A DNA stretch of 39,059 nt from positions 1 through 39,059 of the IMG/VR virus record IMGVR_UViG_3300048856_000093. One strand, given 5' to 3'. Below the pieces are notes generated by a model, which saw only the letters and a program-made list of their open reading frames with translations, made no database searches and was not told the DNA's origin. The translations under genes were made by a program, and so were the position numbers. Below, piece by piece: positions 1 to 8,212 of this stretch; position 1 is the first letter of the stretch, and each line of letters begins with the position of its first letter. The DNA is from a virus (taxonomy: Duplodnaviria; Caudoviricetes).

Positions 1-1509
1 GAAGTGCGGGCGTGTGCCGCCCACGGCGTCGATCGCGGAGATCGCGTGGTTCACCCAGCCGGAGAGCGCCGTCTCACGCCCTCCGTTGGACACGGTCTCG
101 ACCAGCGGGTTCAGGGTGGTCTGCGCCGCCCCAAGCGCCTGCGCCGTGGTGCCCATCATCAGGGCGTGCTCGGGATAGCGGGGCGTGGTGGAGATCAGCG
201 TGTCGGTGCTGTCGTTGCGGCCCATGGAGTTGGACTGCCCATAGGCTGCGGCGATGTAGCAGAGGCTCGCATAAGTCGGTGTCGAGAAGTGGGCCGTCGC
301 GTCGTAGCTATAGGCCGGCGTCACGGTCGCGGGCTGGAATGACGCGAGTAGGGCGTTCACCTCGGCCCGGGTGAGCACAGTCTCCAGGCCGTTCGGCCCG
401 CGCTGCACCAGCCTTCCGTCCGCCAGCAGAAAGGGCACGCCACGCCTGTCCGCGCCCTGCACCCCCGCGACGGCCGGAACACCTCCCAGCGAGAAGGCGT
501 CAGTAGTTGAGCTGATCACGCCGGATCGGGTCGACACCTCGGAAGCAAGGGCGTTTGCGGTGGGCGCGATCCCGGCGGTCACCTTGGCGTCCGTTTCCGC
601 CCCGGTCAGAACCCGCTCAAGTCCCGTGGCTCCACGCTGCACCAGGCGGCCATCGGCCAGCAGGAACGGCACGCCCTTCCCATCCGGTCCGCTGACGCCC
701 GCCACCGCCTTGGTACCGCTCAGTGAGAACTCGGCATTAGACGGGCCGAGCTGCGCGTCGAGAGCCTGCACGCGTGGCTCAAAGCTCTGCACCGCCTGCA
801 CAGCATCCGTGAGGGGGGCAGCCGCGGCTTGCGCCGCTTCTGCCGCCTGCTGAGCGGCCGTCTTGTTCCCCTCCACCTCCACCCGCGCCTCCTGCACGGC
901 GGCGGCGGCGGTGGTGACCTCGGTGGCAATGGGCTGGACGACGGCCAGCACATCGTTGCGCACGGTCTGGACAGTGAGCGTGCGAGCCTGCGGAATGCCT
1001 TCTCCATCCAGCTGCACGCCGACCATGGTCTCGTCGCCGGCCAGGGGAGCCATTGGCGCCAGGCTGGTGACCAGCGACGCCCGAAAGGGCTGAACGCTGG
1101 GCGTGGTCAGCAGCGTATCGGGACTGGCGAGCAGTGCGGGACCGAGAGGTGCGCCGGCATCCACCGCCAGCATACGCACCAGGCCGACGGAAGCACTCGG
1201 CTCGGAGCACCTGATGCGCACGATCCAGGGGCCCGCCACGTCCAGGGTGAGGACAAAGCGAAACTCCCCGTCGGCCACCTTGTGAACGACAGGAAGGACA
1301 ATCTCCAACCAGTCAGAGAGGTCTGGGCGGAGCACCTCGACCGACCACCCAGAGGGGTTGACGAACTGCCCCGTGCCCTGCCCGGCCGCCGAGATGCGCA
1401 GCACCACGGCTTCACCGACAAGGAACCGCGGCACCGAGGGACGGACCCCGGTCGTGGGGCCAGCCTCGACGGTCAGCACCACGTCCACGGGATAGGACGT
1501 CTGGTCCAT
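1..1509 (-). CDS. Large tail-associated protein (tailspike/receptor-binding candidate) with a putative SGNH/SASA-type carbohydrate esterase domain; 3' end outside the window
   Basis: Translated by hand. ATG at 1509 after RBS GAGGTG; open for 503 codons to base 1. N-terminal beta-rich domain, Ala/Gln coiled coil, two 42-aa repeats, then AYGQSNSMG (GQSN esterase block I). Not in the ORF track because no stop lies inside the window. Confidence 0.85.
   Translation of the reverse strand, partial: MDQTSYPVDVVLTVEAGPTTGVRPSVPRFLVGEAVVLRISAAGQGTGQFVNPSGWSVEVLRPDLSDWLEIVLPVVHKVADGEFRFVLTLDVAGPWIVRIRCSEPSASVGLVRMLAVDAGAPLGPALLASPDTLLTTPSVQPFRASLVTSLAPMAPLAGDETMVGVQLDGEGIPQARTLTVQTVRNDVLAVVQPIATEVTTAAAAVQEARVEVEGNKTAAQQAAEAAQAAAAPLTDAVQAVQSFEPRVQALDAQLGPSNAEFSLSGTKAVAGVSGPDGKGVPFLLADGRLVQRGATGLERVLTGAETDAKVTAGIAPTANALASEVSTRSGVISSTTDAFSLGGVPAVAGVQGADRRGVPFLLADGRLVQRGPNGLETVLTRAEVNALLASFQPATVTPAYSYDATAHFSTPTYASLCYIAAAYGQSNSMGRNDSTDTLISTTPRYPEHALMMGTTAQALGAAQTTLNPLVETVSNGGRETALSGWVNHAISAIDAVGGTRPHF
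370..729 (-). repeat. Diverged 126-bp intragenic duplication (370-495 and 604-729, period 234 bp)
   Basis: Encodes FSLSGTKAVAGVSGPDGKGVPFLLADGRLVQRGATGLERVLT and FSLGGVPAVAGVQGADRRGVPFLLADGRLVQRGPNGLETVLT. Confidence 0.9.
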
Positions 1510-1584
1510 CAGCACCTCGCAAGTAGGTATCGCCGCGCAGCCCGGAGGCGCGCGGTTCGAAGGGGCAGGTTGTGAGAGGAGTGG

Positions 1585-2004
1585 TTAGGCTTGGCTCGCG
1601 GCCAGCAGTTCGGCGGCGCGCTCTTCGCCTACGGCCTGGACAATGCCAGATCGCAGCGCCTCGTACTCAGGCCAGTTGCTTTCGAGGATCGTGCTATCGT
1701 TGAAGAGCCGACGCAGCCGCACCGGGGCGGCGTTCAGTGCCGCCTCAAGGGCCTCGGCCTCCTCGTCCGTGCAACGGCGCCAGATGTCGGATTTGAGAGT
1801 GCGAACGATCGTCTCAGAAGCCGGCGGCTCAGCAGCGAATGGCTTGCCGTCGCCGTCGGCCTGAATAAGCTTTCCAGCTGCCTGCTCGGCCAGCAACGCC
1901 GCGTGCTCTTCCGCACCTATCTCCACTGCGTCGGGCGGGATCGCATCGCCGTGGATGGCTGGGCTGAAAAAACTATTCACGCTGGCGCTGTAGAAGACCT
2001 GCAT
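1585..2004 (-). CDS. Tail fibre assembly-like protein, 139 aa
   Basis: Start reassigned to MQVFYSAS (GGAG RBS). FYSAS..FF...IHGD.IP.DAVEI..EEH..LL..Q..GK.I..D..GKP pattern typical of Tfa-like proteins; follows the fibre gene. Confidence 0.8.
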   Translation of the reverse strand: MQVFYSASVNSFFSPAIHGDAIPPDAVEIGAEEHAALLAEQAAGKLIQADGDGKPFAAEPPASETIVRTLKSDIWRRCTDEEAEALEAALNAAPVRLRRLFNDSTILESNWPEYEALRSGIVQAVGEERAAELLAASQA

Positions 2005-2015
2005 CACATCACTCC

Positions 2016-2546
2016 TCACCAACCGAGCGCCATCCAGTAGAAGCCGCCCGAGGTGCCATCGGCATGGCGCGCCTCCCCGGCAAAACGGCTGATTGGGCGC
2101 CCGCCCATGGCTACCGCGATGCTGACCGAGCCTGCGGCATCCGCCTCGTCGGTGGGCTGGAAGGTGAAGCAGGCGTTCGGGAAGGCGAAGGGAAAGGTGA
2201 TCGTGACGCCGGAGGTGCCGGTCGTCGTACCCTTGCCCCACTGGATGATGAGACCGCCGGGCAGCCGCATCCATCCGGGATTGGTGAGGGAGCCGGTGCC
2301 GCCGAAGAGCACACGCGCCGCGGCGAGAACCTGCGCCATGTCGGCGCCCGTTGCGTCCGGCGTGATCCCTGCCGCAGTCAGGAAGGCCAGCAGCTCCTCC
2401 TGCTGCTGGGTCAGCCACCAGTCCGGCACGACGGTCGCCGGGACGCTGCCGCCCGGATCGCCGCTCGTGAAGTAGCCCTCTGGGCCGGACGCGATGACCA
2501 CGGCGGGCTTCGATGTGACGGCCCCGGGCCCTTTGATGCGCCTCAT
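2016..2546 (-). CDS. Short tail fibre protein (Mu-type baseplate anchor plus gp53-like C-terminal domain)
   Basis: GYFTSGDP...PATVV..WW..QQEEL anchor and GWMRLPGGLIIQWG...TFPFAFPNAC motif; lies after the gp48-like gene. Confidence 0.85.
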   Translation of the reverse strand: MRRIKGPGAVTSKPAVVIASGPEGYFTSGDPGGSVPATVVPDWWLTQQQEELLAFLTAAGITPDATGADMAQVLAAARVLFGGTGSLTNPGWMRLPGGLIIQWGKGTTTGTSGVTITFPFAFPNACFTFQPTDEADAAGSVSIAVAMGGRPISRFAGEARHADGTSGGFYWMALGW

Positions 2547-2547
2547 G

Positions 2548-3147
2548 TCAACTCCCGTATGCGAACTGGACGACGGTGTGTGCGGGGCGGAGGCGGGTCA
2601 GTACGCACTCCAGGGATGCGTTGCCCCAGGCGGCCAGCGGCTCGCCCGCCGCTGAACCACCGGCCGAGAAGTAGGTGACGGTCACACCTGGCGCGTGAAC
2701 CCGCCACGCATGCGCCCACGCCTCGCCGTAGACGGCTCCGCCCGCTCGCAGGGTGCCTGCCCGGGCGGGCGCAAACTCCTCCACCGTAATCTCGTACCCG
2801 AGCGCCGCCGCCACACTGACGAAGTAGGGCACGGACTGCCCACCGCTCGCGGCAAGGCGTGACACGACCTGGGCACGTCGCTGCTGCAGTGTCGGCGCGA
2901 GGCCTGAGCACGGGTCTGGCAAGCCGAGAGAGGCTTCCCACTCAGGCAGCAGCTCATAGGCGGTGCCCGGAAAGGCATCGGCCAGCAGATCCACGGCCCG
3001 TGCGTCGAGCCGCTGCGCCGAGGGCGCCAGGCCGCGTGCAACGGCGGCCAGCGTCGCGTCGGGATCGCGAGGCCAGATCCTCCCGCGGGGGAGAAGGGCG
3101 AGGAGCGCGACCGAGTATTCCGCGACCGTGCGCGCGATGGCGGCCAT
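2548..3147 (-). CDS. YmfQ/DUF2313 family baseplate protein (Mu gp48-like)
   Basis: LLPRGRIW, LLPEWE..LGLPD, GGQS..YF...A..LGY and LEC....P.HT motifs. Confidence 0.92.
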   Translation of the reverse strand: MAAIARTVAEYSVALLALLPRGRIWPRDPDATLAAVARGLAPSAQRLDARAVDLLADAFPGTAYELLPEWEASLGLPDPCSGLAPTLQQRRAQVVSRLAASGGQSVPYFVSVAAALGYEITVEEFAPARAGTLRAGGAVYGEAWAHAWRVHAPGVTVTYFSAGGSAAGEPLAAWGNASLECVLTRLRPAHTVVQFAYGS

Positions 3148-4262
3148 CAGCTGAAGGCCACGTTGCCAAGAGTAGGCAGCGCACCGGCTGCCACCGAGAC
3201 CGGCGCGGTTGGGGATACGAGGGTGAACCGGGTGACCCCAGGCACAGCATCAATCGCTGCGTTGGTCTGGTTCGGGTAGATGGTCCCGCCCGGCTCGCCC
3301 AGATCCTTCAGCATCTTGGCCAGCGCCGCCTCAACCGCCGCGCGGTTCGATGCGGTGTTCTCCGCGAGGTCCGAGATGACGAAGTCGATCGGCTCGGCCG
3401 AGGGCGCGACGGCATAGACCAGGGCAGTCACGGGCCGCACGGGGAAGATGGCGTTCGCAACTGCCAGCTGGTCTCCCGTGGCGGGCGCGGCGCGCGTCTC
3501 CGCCGCTGCCACGCCATCGCTGCCCTGCGGGAAGCCGCCATTCGCGGCCTGCGCCTCATCCATCATGAAGCGCACGACCACCGAGCCTGCGCCCATGCCG
3601 TTCGGCGTGACCCAGGCACGCGTGACGCCCGGCACGGCCAGGGCCCAGTCGAGGTAGTCGCCGGCGGCGCCGCCCTGGGCCGGCTCGGCGTAGGCCAACA
3701 GCATGCGGGTCAGGAACCCGTCGCTGTCCACGTCCTCGGCAGGCGCACCGCCGGTGATCGGGCCGTCAGCCACGCCGGCCGAGGTGACGCCCGGCACGGA
3801 GCCCGAGATCACGAGGGCCGTGCCGCCCGCCACATTCGCCAGCGCCCCGGCCGTGGTGGCCGTGATGGGCGCCGAGACCGTGCCGTGGTCCCCGACCGTG
3901 GCGTCAGCGGTCGTCACATAGGCCGCGCTGCCGTCCACCAGCGACAGCGCCGTGCCGGTGGGGAGGACGAAGCCCGACGTCCCGAGCCAGGTGCCCGTGC
4001 CGGTGGCGTAGGTCTCCTCCTTCGGGAACACGCCCTTGAGCGCCGCCCAGGCGGCACGGAACTCGCCCGTGGAGGTGGCAGGCACCGCCTGCTTCGCGAT
4101 CCAGTCCAGATAGCCGTAGAGACCGTTCACCAGCCCAGCGAAGGCCGTGCCCATGGCGAATTCGGGCCGGAAGCGCAGCACGGCCGTGAGGCCCAGGGAC
4201 TGGGCAAGATCGGCCAGCGCCGCTTGAATGAGGGCGGTCCGCGTCGGTCGCGCGAAAGGCAT
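3147..4262 (-). CDS. Baseplate J / Mu gp47-like wedge protein
   Basis: MPFARPT start, GG...E....R, GGA..DY..WAL.VPGVTRAWV motifs. Confidence 0.95.
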   Translation of the reverse strand: MPFARPTRTALIQAALADLAQSLGLTAVLRFRPEFAMGTAFAGLVNGLYGYLDWIAKQAVPATSTGEFRAAWAALKGVFPKEETYATGTGTWLGTSGFVLPTGTALSLVDGSAAYVTTADATVGDHGTVSAPITATTAGALANVAGGTALVISGSVPGVTSAGVADGPITGGAPAEDVDSDGFLTRMLLAYAEPAQGGAAGDYLDWALAVPGVTRAWVTPNGMGAGSVVVRFMMDEAQAANGGFPQGSDGVAAAETRAAPATGDQLAVANAIFPVRPVTALVYAVAPSAEPIDFVISDLAENTASNRAAVEAALAKMLKDLGEPGGTIYPNQTNAAIDAVPGVTRFTLVSPTAPVSVAAGALPTLGNVAFS

Positions 4263-4266
4263 GCGT

Positions 4267-4722
4267 TCAGGCTCCCTGCCAGGCCCAGTCGAAACGGAAG
4301 TCCAGGCGCCGGCCGTCGCGGTGGATGATCACCGGCAGGATGGCCATGGCGTTCGGGCCGATGTTCGTGGCCCAGATGGCGGTCACCTCCACCCGTGCGG
4401 CCACGCCGTCCTCCACCAGCCAGGCCAGCGCCTCGCGGGCATAATCCTCGGCGCGACGCAGGGTCTCCGGGATCCGCTTGGCGCGGTCCAGCAGCCACAG
4501 CCGGGAGCCGATCGGCTTGTCGGCGTAGGTGTCCCCCCACCAGCCGCGCCGATCGTCGGTGCCGTCCGGGATCACATCGTCCGGCAGCGCGCGGCGGTCG
4601 CTGAAGAGGCTCGTCCAGACGGCCGCCTCCAAGTCGGAGCCAAGTGCCAGATTGCCGACGGCGTCGCGCGCCCAGCCGCCCTGGCCGGTGAGGTTGTCCC
4701 AGGCGATGGCGACCGTGGTCAT
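4267..4722 (-). CDS. Mu gp46-like baseplate protein
   Basis: SLFSDRRA, RGWWGD, IGSRLWLL.R.K and A.EALAWLVEDG motifs. Confidence 0.95.
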   Translation of the reverse strand: MTTVAIAWDNLTGQGGWARDAVGNLALGSDLEAAVWTSLFSDRRALPDDVIPDGTDDRRGWWGDTYADKPIGSRLWLLDRAKRIPETLRRAEDYAREALAWLVEDGVAARVEVTAIWATNIGPNAMAILPVIIHRDGRRLDFRFDWAWQGA

Positions 4723-5198
4723 GGAAGCGGCTCCCCGGAATTCTGCGTGCCCGACTGCACCCCGGTATGGCGGTGATCGCCGCCCACGTTCTTCCCGTTG
4801 TGGGTGAGCGGGCCGCCGGTGAGCTTCCAGCCACCCGGCGCATGCCCTTCAATGCTGCCATCGTTCCGCATGATGAAGGCCGCGCCGCTCGGGTGCTGCA
4901 TGCCGAACTCGCCGGCCGCGAGATCCGGCCCATATCGCCCATCCCCGGTCGCGACGACCACGCCCGAGCCCCGGTTGCCGCCCAGGAAGATGACCGCCGC
5001 GTCCGCCCCTTCCCGCGGGCGGGAGAAGAAGCCGTAGATACCGAGCACCGGCAGGTCGTCGCGCGTCTCGCCTGTCTCGGGGAGCCTCACCTGGGCCGAG
5101 AGGGCCTTCCGGCCCCGGCCGCGATCCACCCGTGTGGCAGTGATGAAGCCGAGCCCGAGCGTCGTGCCCAGACGCTCCATCCAGCCGCGGGCGCTCAC
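4719..5198 (-). CDS. Baseplate spike (Mu gp45/gpV-like)
   Basis: YGFFSRP..GA..V.FLGGNR motif, C-terminal HRH metal-binding tip, GTGA overlap with the upstream gene. Confidence 0.9.
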   Translation of the reverse strand: MSARGWMERLGTTLGLGFITATRVDRGRGRKALSAQVRLPETGETRDDLPVLGIYGFFSRPREGADAAVIFLGGNRGSGVVVATGDGRYGPDLAAGEFGMQHPSGAAFIMRNDGSIEGHAPGGWKLTGGPLTHNGKNVGGDHRHTGVQSGTQNSGEPLP

Positions 5199-6448
5199 GG
5201 GGCAGGCGCCGGGCTGCGGCGGTCAGGAGTGGCTGCCGCGCGATCCCGTTCTAGGCGAAGTCGCTCGCCTTCCGCTGCGGATGTCGCAAGCTGTGCATTA
5301 TAGGGCAGGTAAGGCTGGTAGACGGGATCGAAGGCCGAAGGCGGCATCAGCAGCAGATCCGCGGTCGTTCCCTGGAGGCCACGCCGGTAGGTCACCTCGC
5401 CGATGATCCACTCCGCCTCGAACACCTTGCAGGAGGGGACGTGCACGGGGAGCAGCTTGTTCGGCTGCCAGAGCTCGCCCGCGCTGTCCCGCCAGCTATC
5501 AACCCGCACGCGGATGGCTTCTGAGCGGCCGCGACGCCGGGCTGCTTCCCACTCGGCGCGCTGCTGCGCGATCTCCTTCGTGTCGTAGGGGCCGGCGTGC
5601 TCCATCAGGATGATGAGGATGCGCTTGTTCAGCACCGCCTCGTCCTTGGCGAGCCCGGCCGGCGGTTGCATCCCTGCCCCGCCGGTCGCCATTGAGAGCT
5701 GGGCGAAGAGCGCGGTCGTGCTCTGCAGATAGACCCAGTATTCGGAATAGCGCTGGTCTGCAGCGAGGGTGGTGGTGGCCGTGATGACGTTGACGCCCTC
5801 ACGGATCCCACTCGCGTGCTTTTCGGTTCCGACCGCCGAAAGCACCAGGTTCCCGTCCGGGTCGTCATAGGCCAGCAGCTTGCCAAAGCGGCACAGGCGC
5901 TCGATCACGGACCAGGTGGTCTCGCCCGGGATGAGGTTCATCTGCGGCACCACCGGGCCATCCTCGCCGGAGACGCTGATGCCGTAGTAGCCGGCCAGCG
6001 CGTCGGCGATGCCCTTCACCGTCTTGGCACTCATCTGCCAGCCCGGGAAGATGGCGGCGCAGTCCACCAGCTCCCTGCAGTTGCTCCGCCCCGTGACCTG
6101 CACGGTGTGCTGGTTCGGGTCGATCGCAGGCTGATGGCGGTCGATACGGCCGGTGATCACCGTGGCCGTGCCAAGCCGCACGATGCACTGCTCGCCCGGC
6201 ATGAAGCCCAGGTCCGCCTCGCCTGGGAACCGCTCCGTGAGGGTGACGGTGAAGACCGAGGGCAAGCGCTCACAGCTGCGGGTCACGGAGATGCTGTCCC
6301 ACCCCTTCCAGATCCGCCCGCCCACGATCAGGGATAGGTCGTCCGGATCGGCGTCGGCGCCAGGCGCTGGGGGCGGTGAAAGAGGGCGCGCATCGGAGGC
6401 AGAGGCCTTGAGCTCCACCTCCGGCACCTGAACCGGGCTGTCCGACAA
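5195..6448 (-). CDS. Baseplate hub protein (Mu gpP/gp44-like)
   Basis: GW.SISVTRS.E, GRS...LVDC, PGET....IERL and G.LWQPN.L motifs; TTG start uncertain. Confidence 0.92.
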   Translation of the reverse strand: MSDSPVQVPEVELKASASDARPLSPPPAPGADADPDDLSLIVGGRIWKGWDSISVTRSCERLPSVFTVTLTERFPGEADLGFMPGEQCIVRLGTATVITGRIDRHQPAIDPNQHTVQVTGRSNCRELVDCAAIFPGWQMSAKTVKGIADALAGYYGISVSGEDGPVVPQMNLIPGETTWSVIERLCRFGKLLAYDDPDGNLVLSAVGTEKHASGIREGVNVITATTTLAADQRYSEYWVYLQSTTALFAQLSMATGGAGMQPPAGLAKDEAVLNKRILIILMEHAGPYDTKEIAQQRAEWEAARRRGRSEAIRVRVDSWRDSAGELWQPNKLLPVHVPSCKVFEAEWIIGEVTYRRGLQGTTADLLLMPPSAFDPVYQPYLPYNAQLATSAAEGERLRLERDRAAATPDRRSPAPAP

Positions 6449-6503
6449 GTAGGATCTCCGCTGATTGCTGACCCAAGGGCCGATTTCGCGTTATGGTGGC
6501 GTC

Positions 6504-6899
6504 ATGCGCCTGATCGCCGCCGCCCTAACCGCTTTCGCGCTCTTGTGCCCGACAGCACCTGCCCGCGCCGCCTCCTCCCCGGATGGGTTGACTGCCCAGC
6601 AGGCTGCCGATCTAGAGGCTGCCGTTTCGCTGGCGACGATGGCCGCTTTTTGCGAGTGGCGCTCCATCCCGTGGTCGCAGGACTACCTGAACTTCCTATC
6701 TTTCCAGGCCGCCTACACCGGCGGCCGGGCCAAACAAGTTACCGATTTCGTCATCGCTACCAAGGACGCCGCCGCCCGCGAGATCATGGCCGGCGACATG
6801 CGGGGAAACTGCGCTCGCCGGTACAACCCCGCCGCCCTTGCCGAGATGGAGCGGGCTCGCGGTGCAGGACAGATCCCGACCCTCACAGGCGCTCGCTAA
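6504..6899 (+). CDS. Moron-like secreted protein of unknown function, 131 aa, antisense to the tail operon
   Basis: Signal peptide MRLIAAALTAFALLCPTAPARA; fills the gap between two tail genes; stop lies 3 nt from the convergent stop at 6903. Confidence 0.8.
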   Translation: MRLIAAALTAFALLCPTAPARAASSPDGLTAQQAADLEAAVSLATMAAFCEWRSIPWSQDYLNFLSFQAAYTGGRAKQVTDFVIATKDAAAREIMAGDMRGNCARRYNPAALAEMERARGAGQIPTLTGAR

Positions 6900-6902
6900 T
6901 CC

Positions 6903-7433
6903 CTACCTGGCCATCCCCTTGAAGCTGGTCGGCATGAAAACCGGGTTTGGCGGATCGCCCGCCATCTCCACCAACTCGTCCGCCCGGCCTGCGTCGCCGT
7001 AGAGGCGCTGCGCCAGCACCTCGGCCGGAAGGCTCGCGGCCAACGTGACCTGCCGCAGCGGCGAAAGGCTCGCGCCCCGCGCCGTGAGGTCACGGTACAC
7101 CGCCCCGCGCAGGTCGCGTAGCGCTGCCGCCACGGTGTCCTCCCCGGCGTCGGCCGCGATCACCTCCTCGTCGGCCAGCAGGCCGCAGACGGTGCTGCGC
7201 AGGGCCAGCGCCTCATCGTAGGAGGCAGGCGCATAGGCCGCAGCAGCCCTTGCAAGGGCAGCGAGCGCGGCGCGCCGAGCCACGGCCGCCAGTGCTCCAT
7301 CGCCGCCCTGCGGCGCCTCCGCGACCGCCATTGCCGCCATCAGCCGCACGCGGTCCGCCGGGTCGCTGGCCGTGTCCCCGACCGCCGCGACCAGCGCCTG
7401 CATCGCCGCAACCAACTCGGCCGGCGTGCTCAA
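6903..7433 (-). CDS. C-terminal half of a Mu gpN-like DNA circularization protein
   Basis: LPAEVLAQRLYGDAGRADEL...NPVFMP motif; TTG start overlaps the upstream stop (TTGA). Confidence 0.8.
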   Translation of the reverse strand: MSTPAELVAAMQALVAAVGDTASDPADRVRLMAAMAVAEAPQGGDGALAAVARRAALAALARAAAAYAPASYDEALALRSTVCGLLADEEVIAADAGEDTVAAALRDLRGAVYRDLTARGASLSPLRQVTLAASLPAEVLAQRLYGDAGRADELVEMAGDPPNPVFMPTSFKGMAR

Positions 7434-8212
7434 AGGCTGCCTGCTAGGCTCATCACCTTGCTCCCCAGGGTGGTCACAGTGCTCCGCGCCCGGTTGAAGC
7501 GGCTGAGTGCTGAGGTGACGCCGCTCGAGAGGCCGGTCACCTTTCCCAGCACGCTCCCCACGCCGGATCTGCTGCCGAGGAACCTCCCGAGGCTGGAGAC
7601 GCCCGGGATCGCGATGCCGGCGAGGGAGGTGACGGAACGGATCGCGCCAGTCGCGCTGCTGACAAGGCTCCGCGCCGCCGAGACATAGGATTGCGCCGTC
7701 CTCACGATGCTCTGGGCACCGCCGTAGCCTCCCGCCAGGGTGGCCGCGATCCCATCGGCGCCGACGGCCCCGCAGGCCCGGTCCAGAGCATCGGCGGCCG
7801 AGCCGACATCATTCCGCCCATTCAGCAGGCTGGCCGGATACCGCCGCTCGCCGGTCTCCACGAACTGCAGGACGAGGCGGACGACCCGCCCCTCTTCCCA
7901 GATATCCGTCGAGGAGCAGCCCAGCAGCGTGACCGTCTTGGTCTCGCGGAAGGGGTGGATCAGCTCGCCGGAGCCCGACTGCTCCGCGGCCGCCTCGAAG
8001 TCCGCCAGCTGGCCGGCCACATCGTCGCCGATGAGGTAGCCGCGCACGGCGAAGGTGCGGGTCCGTCGGCCGAGATCCTCGGCCCAGGGATCATCCCTGA
8101 AGGGGTACTCGTGGACGTGGACCCGCCGTCCCACGGTCGCTTCGCCCTCCGAGACCTGGAACGGGAGGCCACGCCAGCTGGCCAGCCGGAGGCTGTCGCG
8201 CCAGACGCTCAT
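7430..8212 (-). CDS. N-terminal half of a Mu gpN-like DNA circularization protein
   Basis: WRDSLRLASWRGLPF, GRRVHVHEYPFRD.PWAEDLGR and G.LIHP motifs. Confidence 0.92.
   Translation of the reverse strand: MSVWRDSLRLASWRGLPFQVSEGEATVGRRVHVHEYPFRDDPWAEDLGRRTRTFAVRGYLIGDDVAGQLADFEAAAEQSGSGELIHPFRETKTVTLLGCSSTDIWEEGRVVRLVLQFVETGERRYPASLLNGRNDVGSAADALDRACGAVGADGIAATLAGGYGGAQSIVRTAQSYVSAARSLVSSATGAIRSVTSLAGIAIPGVSSLGRFLGSRSGVGSVLGKVTGLSSGVTSALSRFNRARSTVTTLGSKVMSLAGSL

Noticed and set aside
370-729. Repeat pair in a receptor-binding gene as a DGR template/variable repeat
   Set aside because: Both copies are coding, differences are largely synonymous rather than adenine-specific, and no reverse transcriptase is in the window.
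7430-7435. CTT TGA as a prfB-type +1 frameshift joining the gpN halves
   Set aside because: The downstream half is in the -1 frame, so a +1 shift would not join them.
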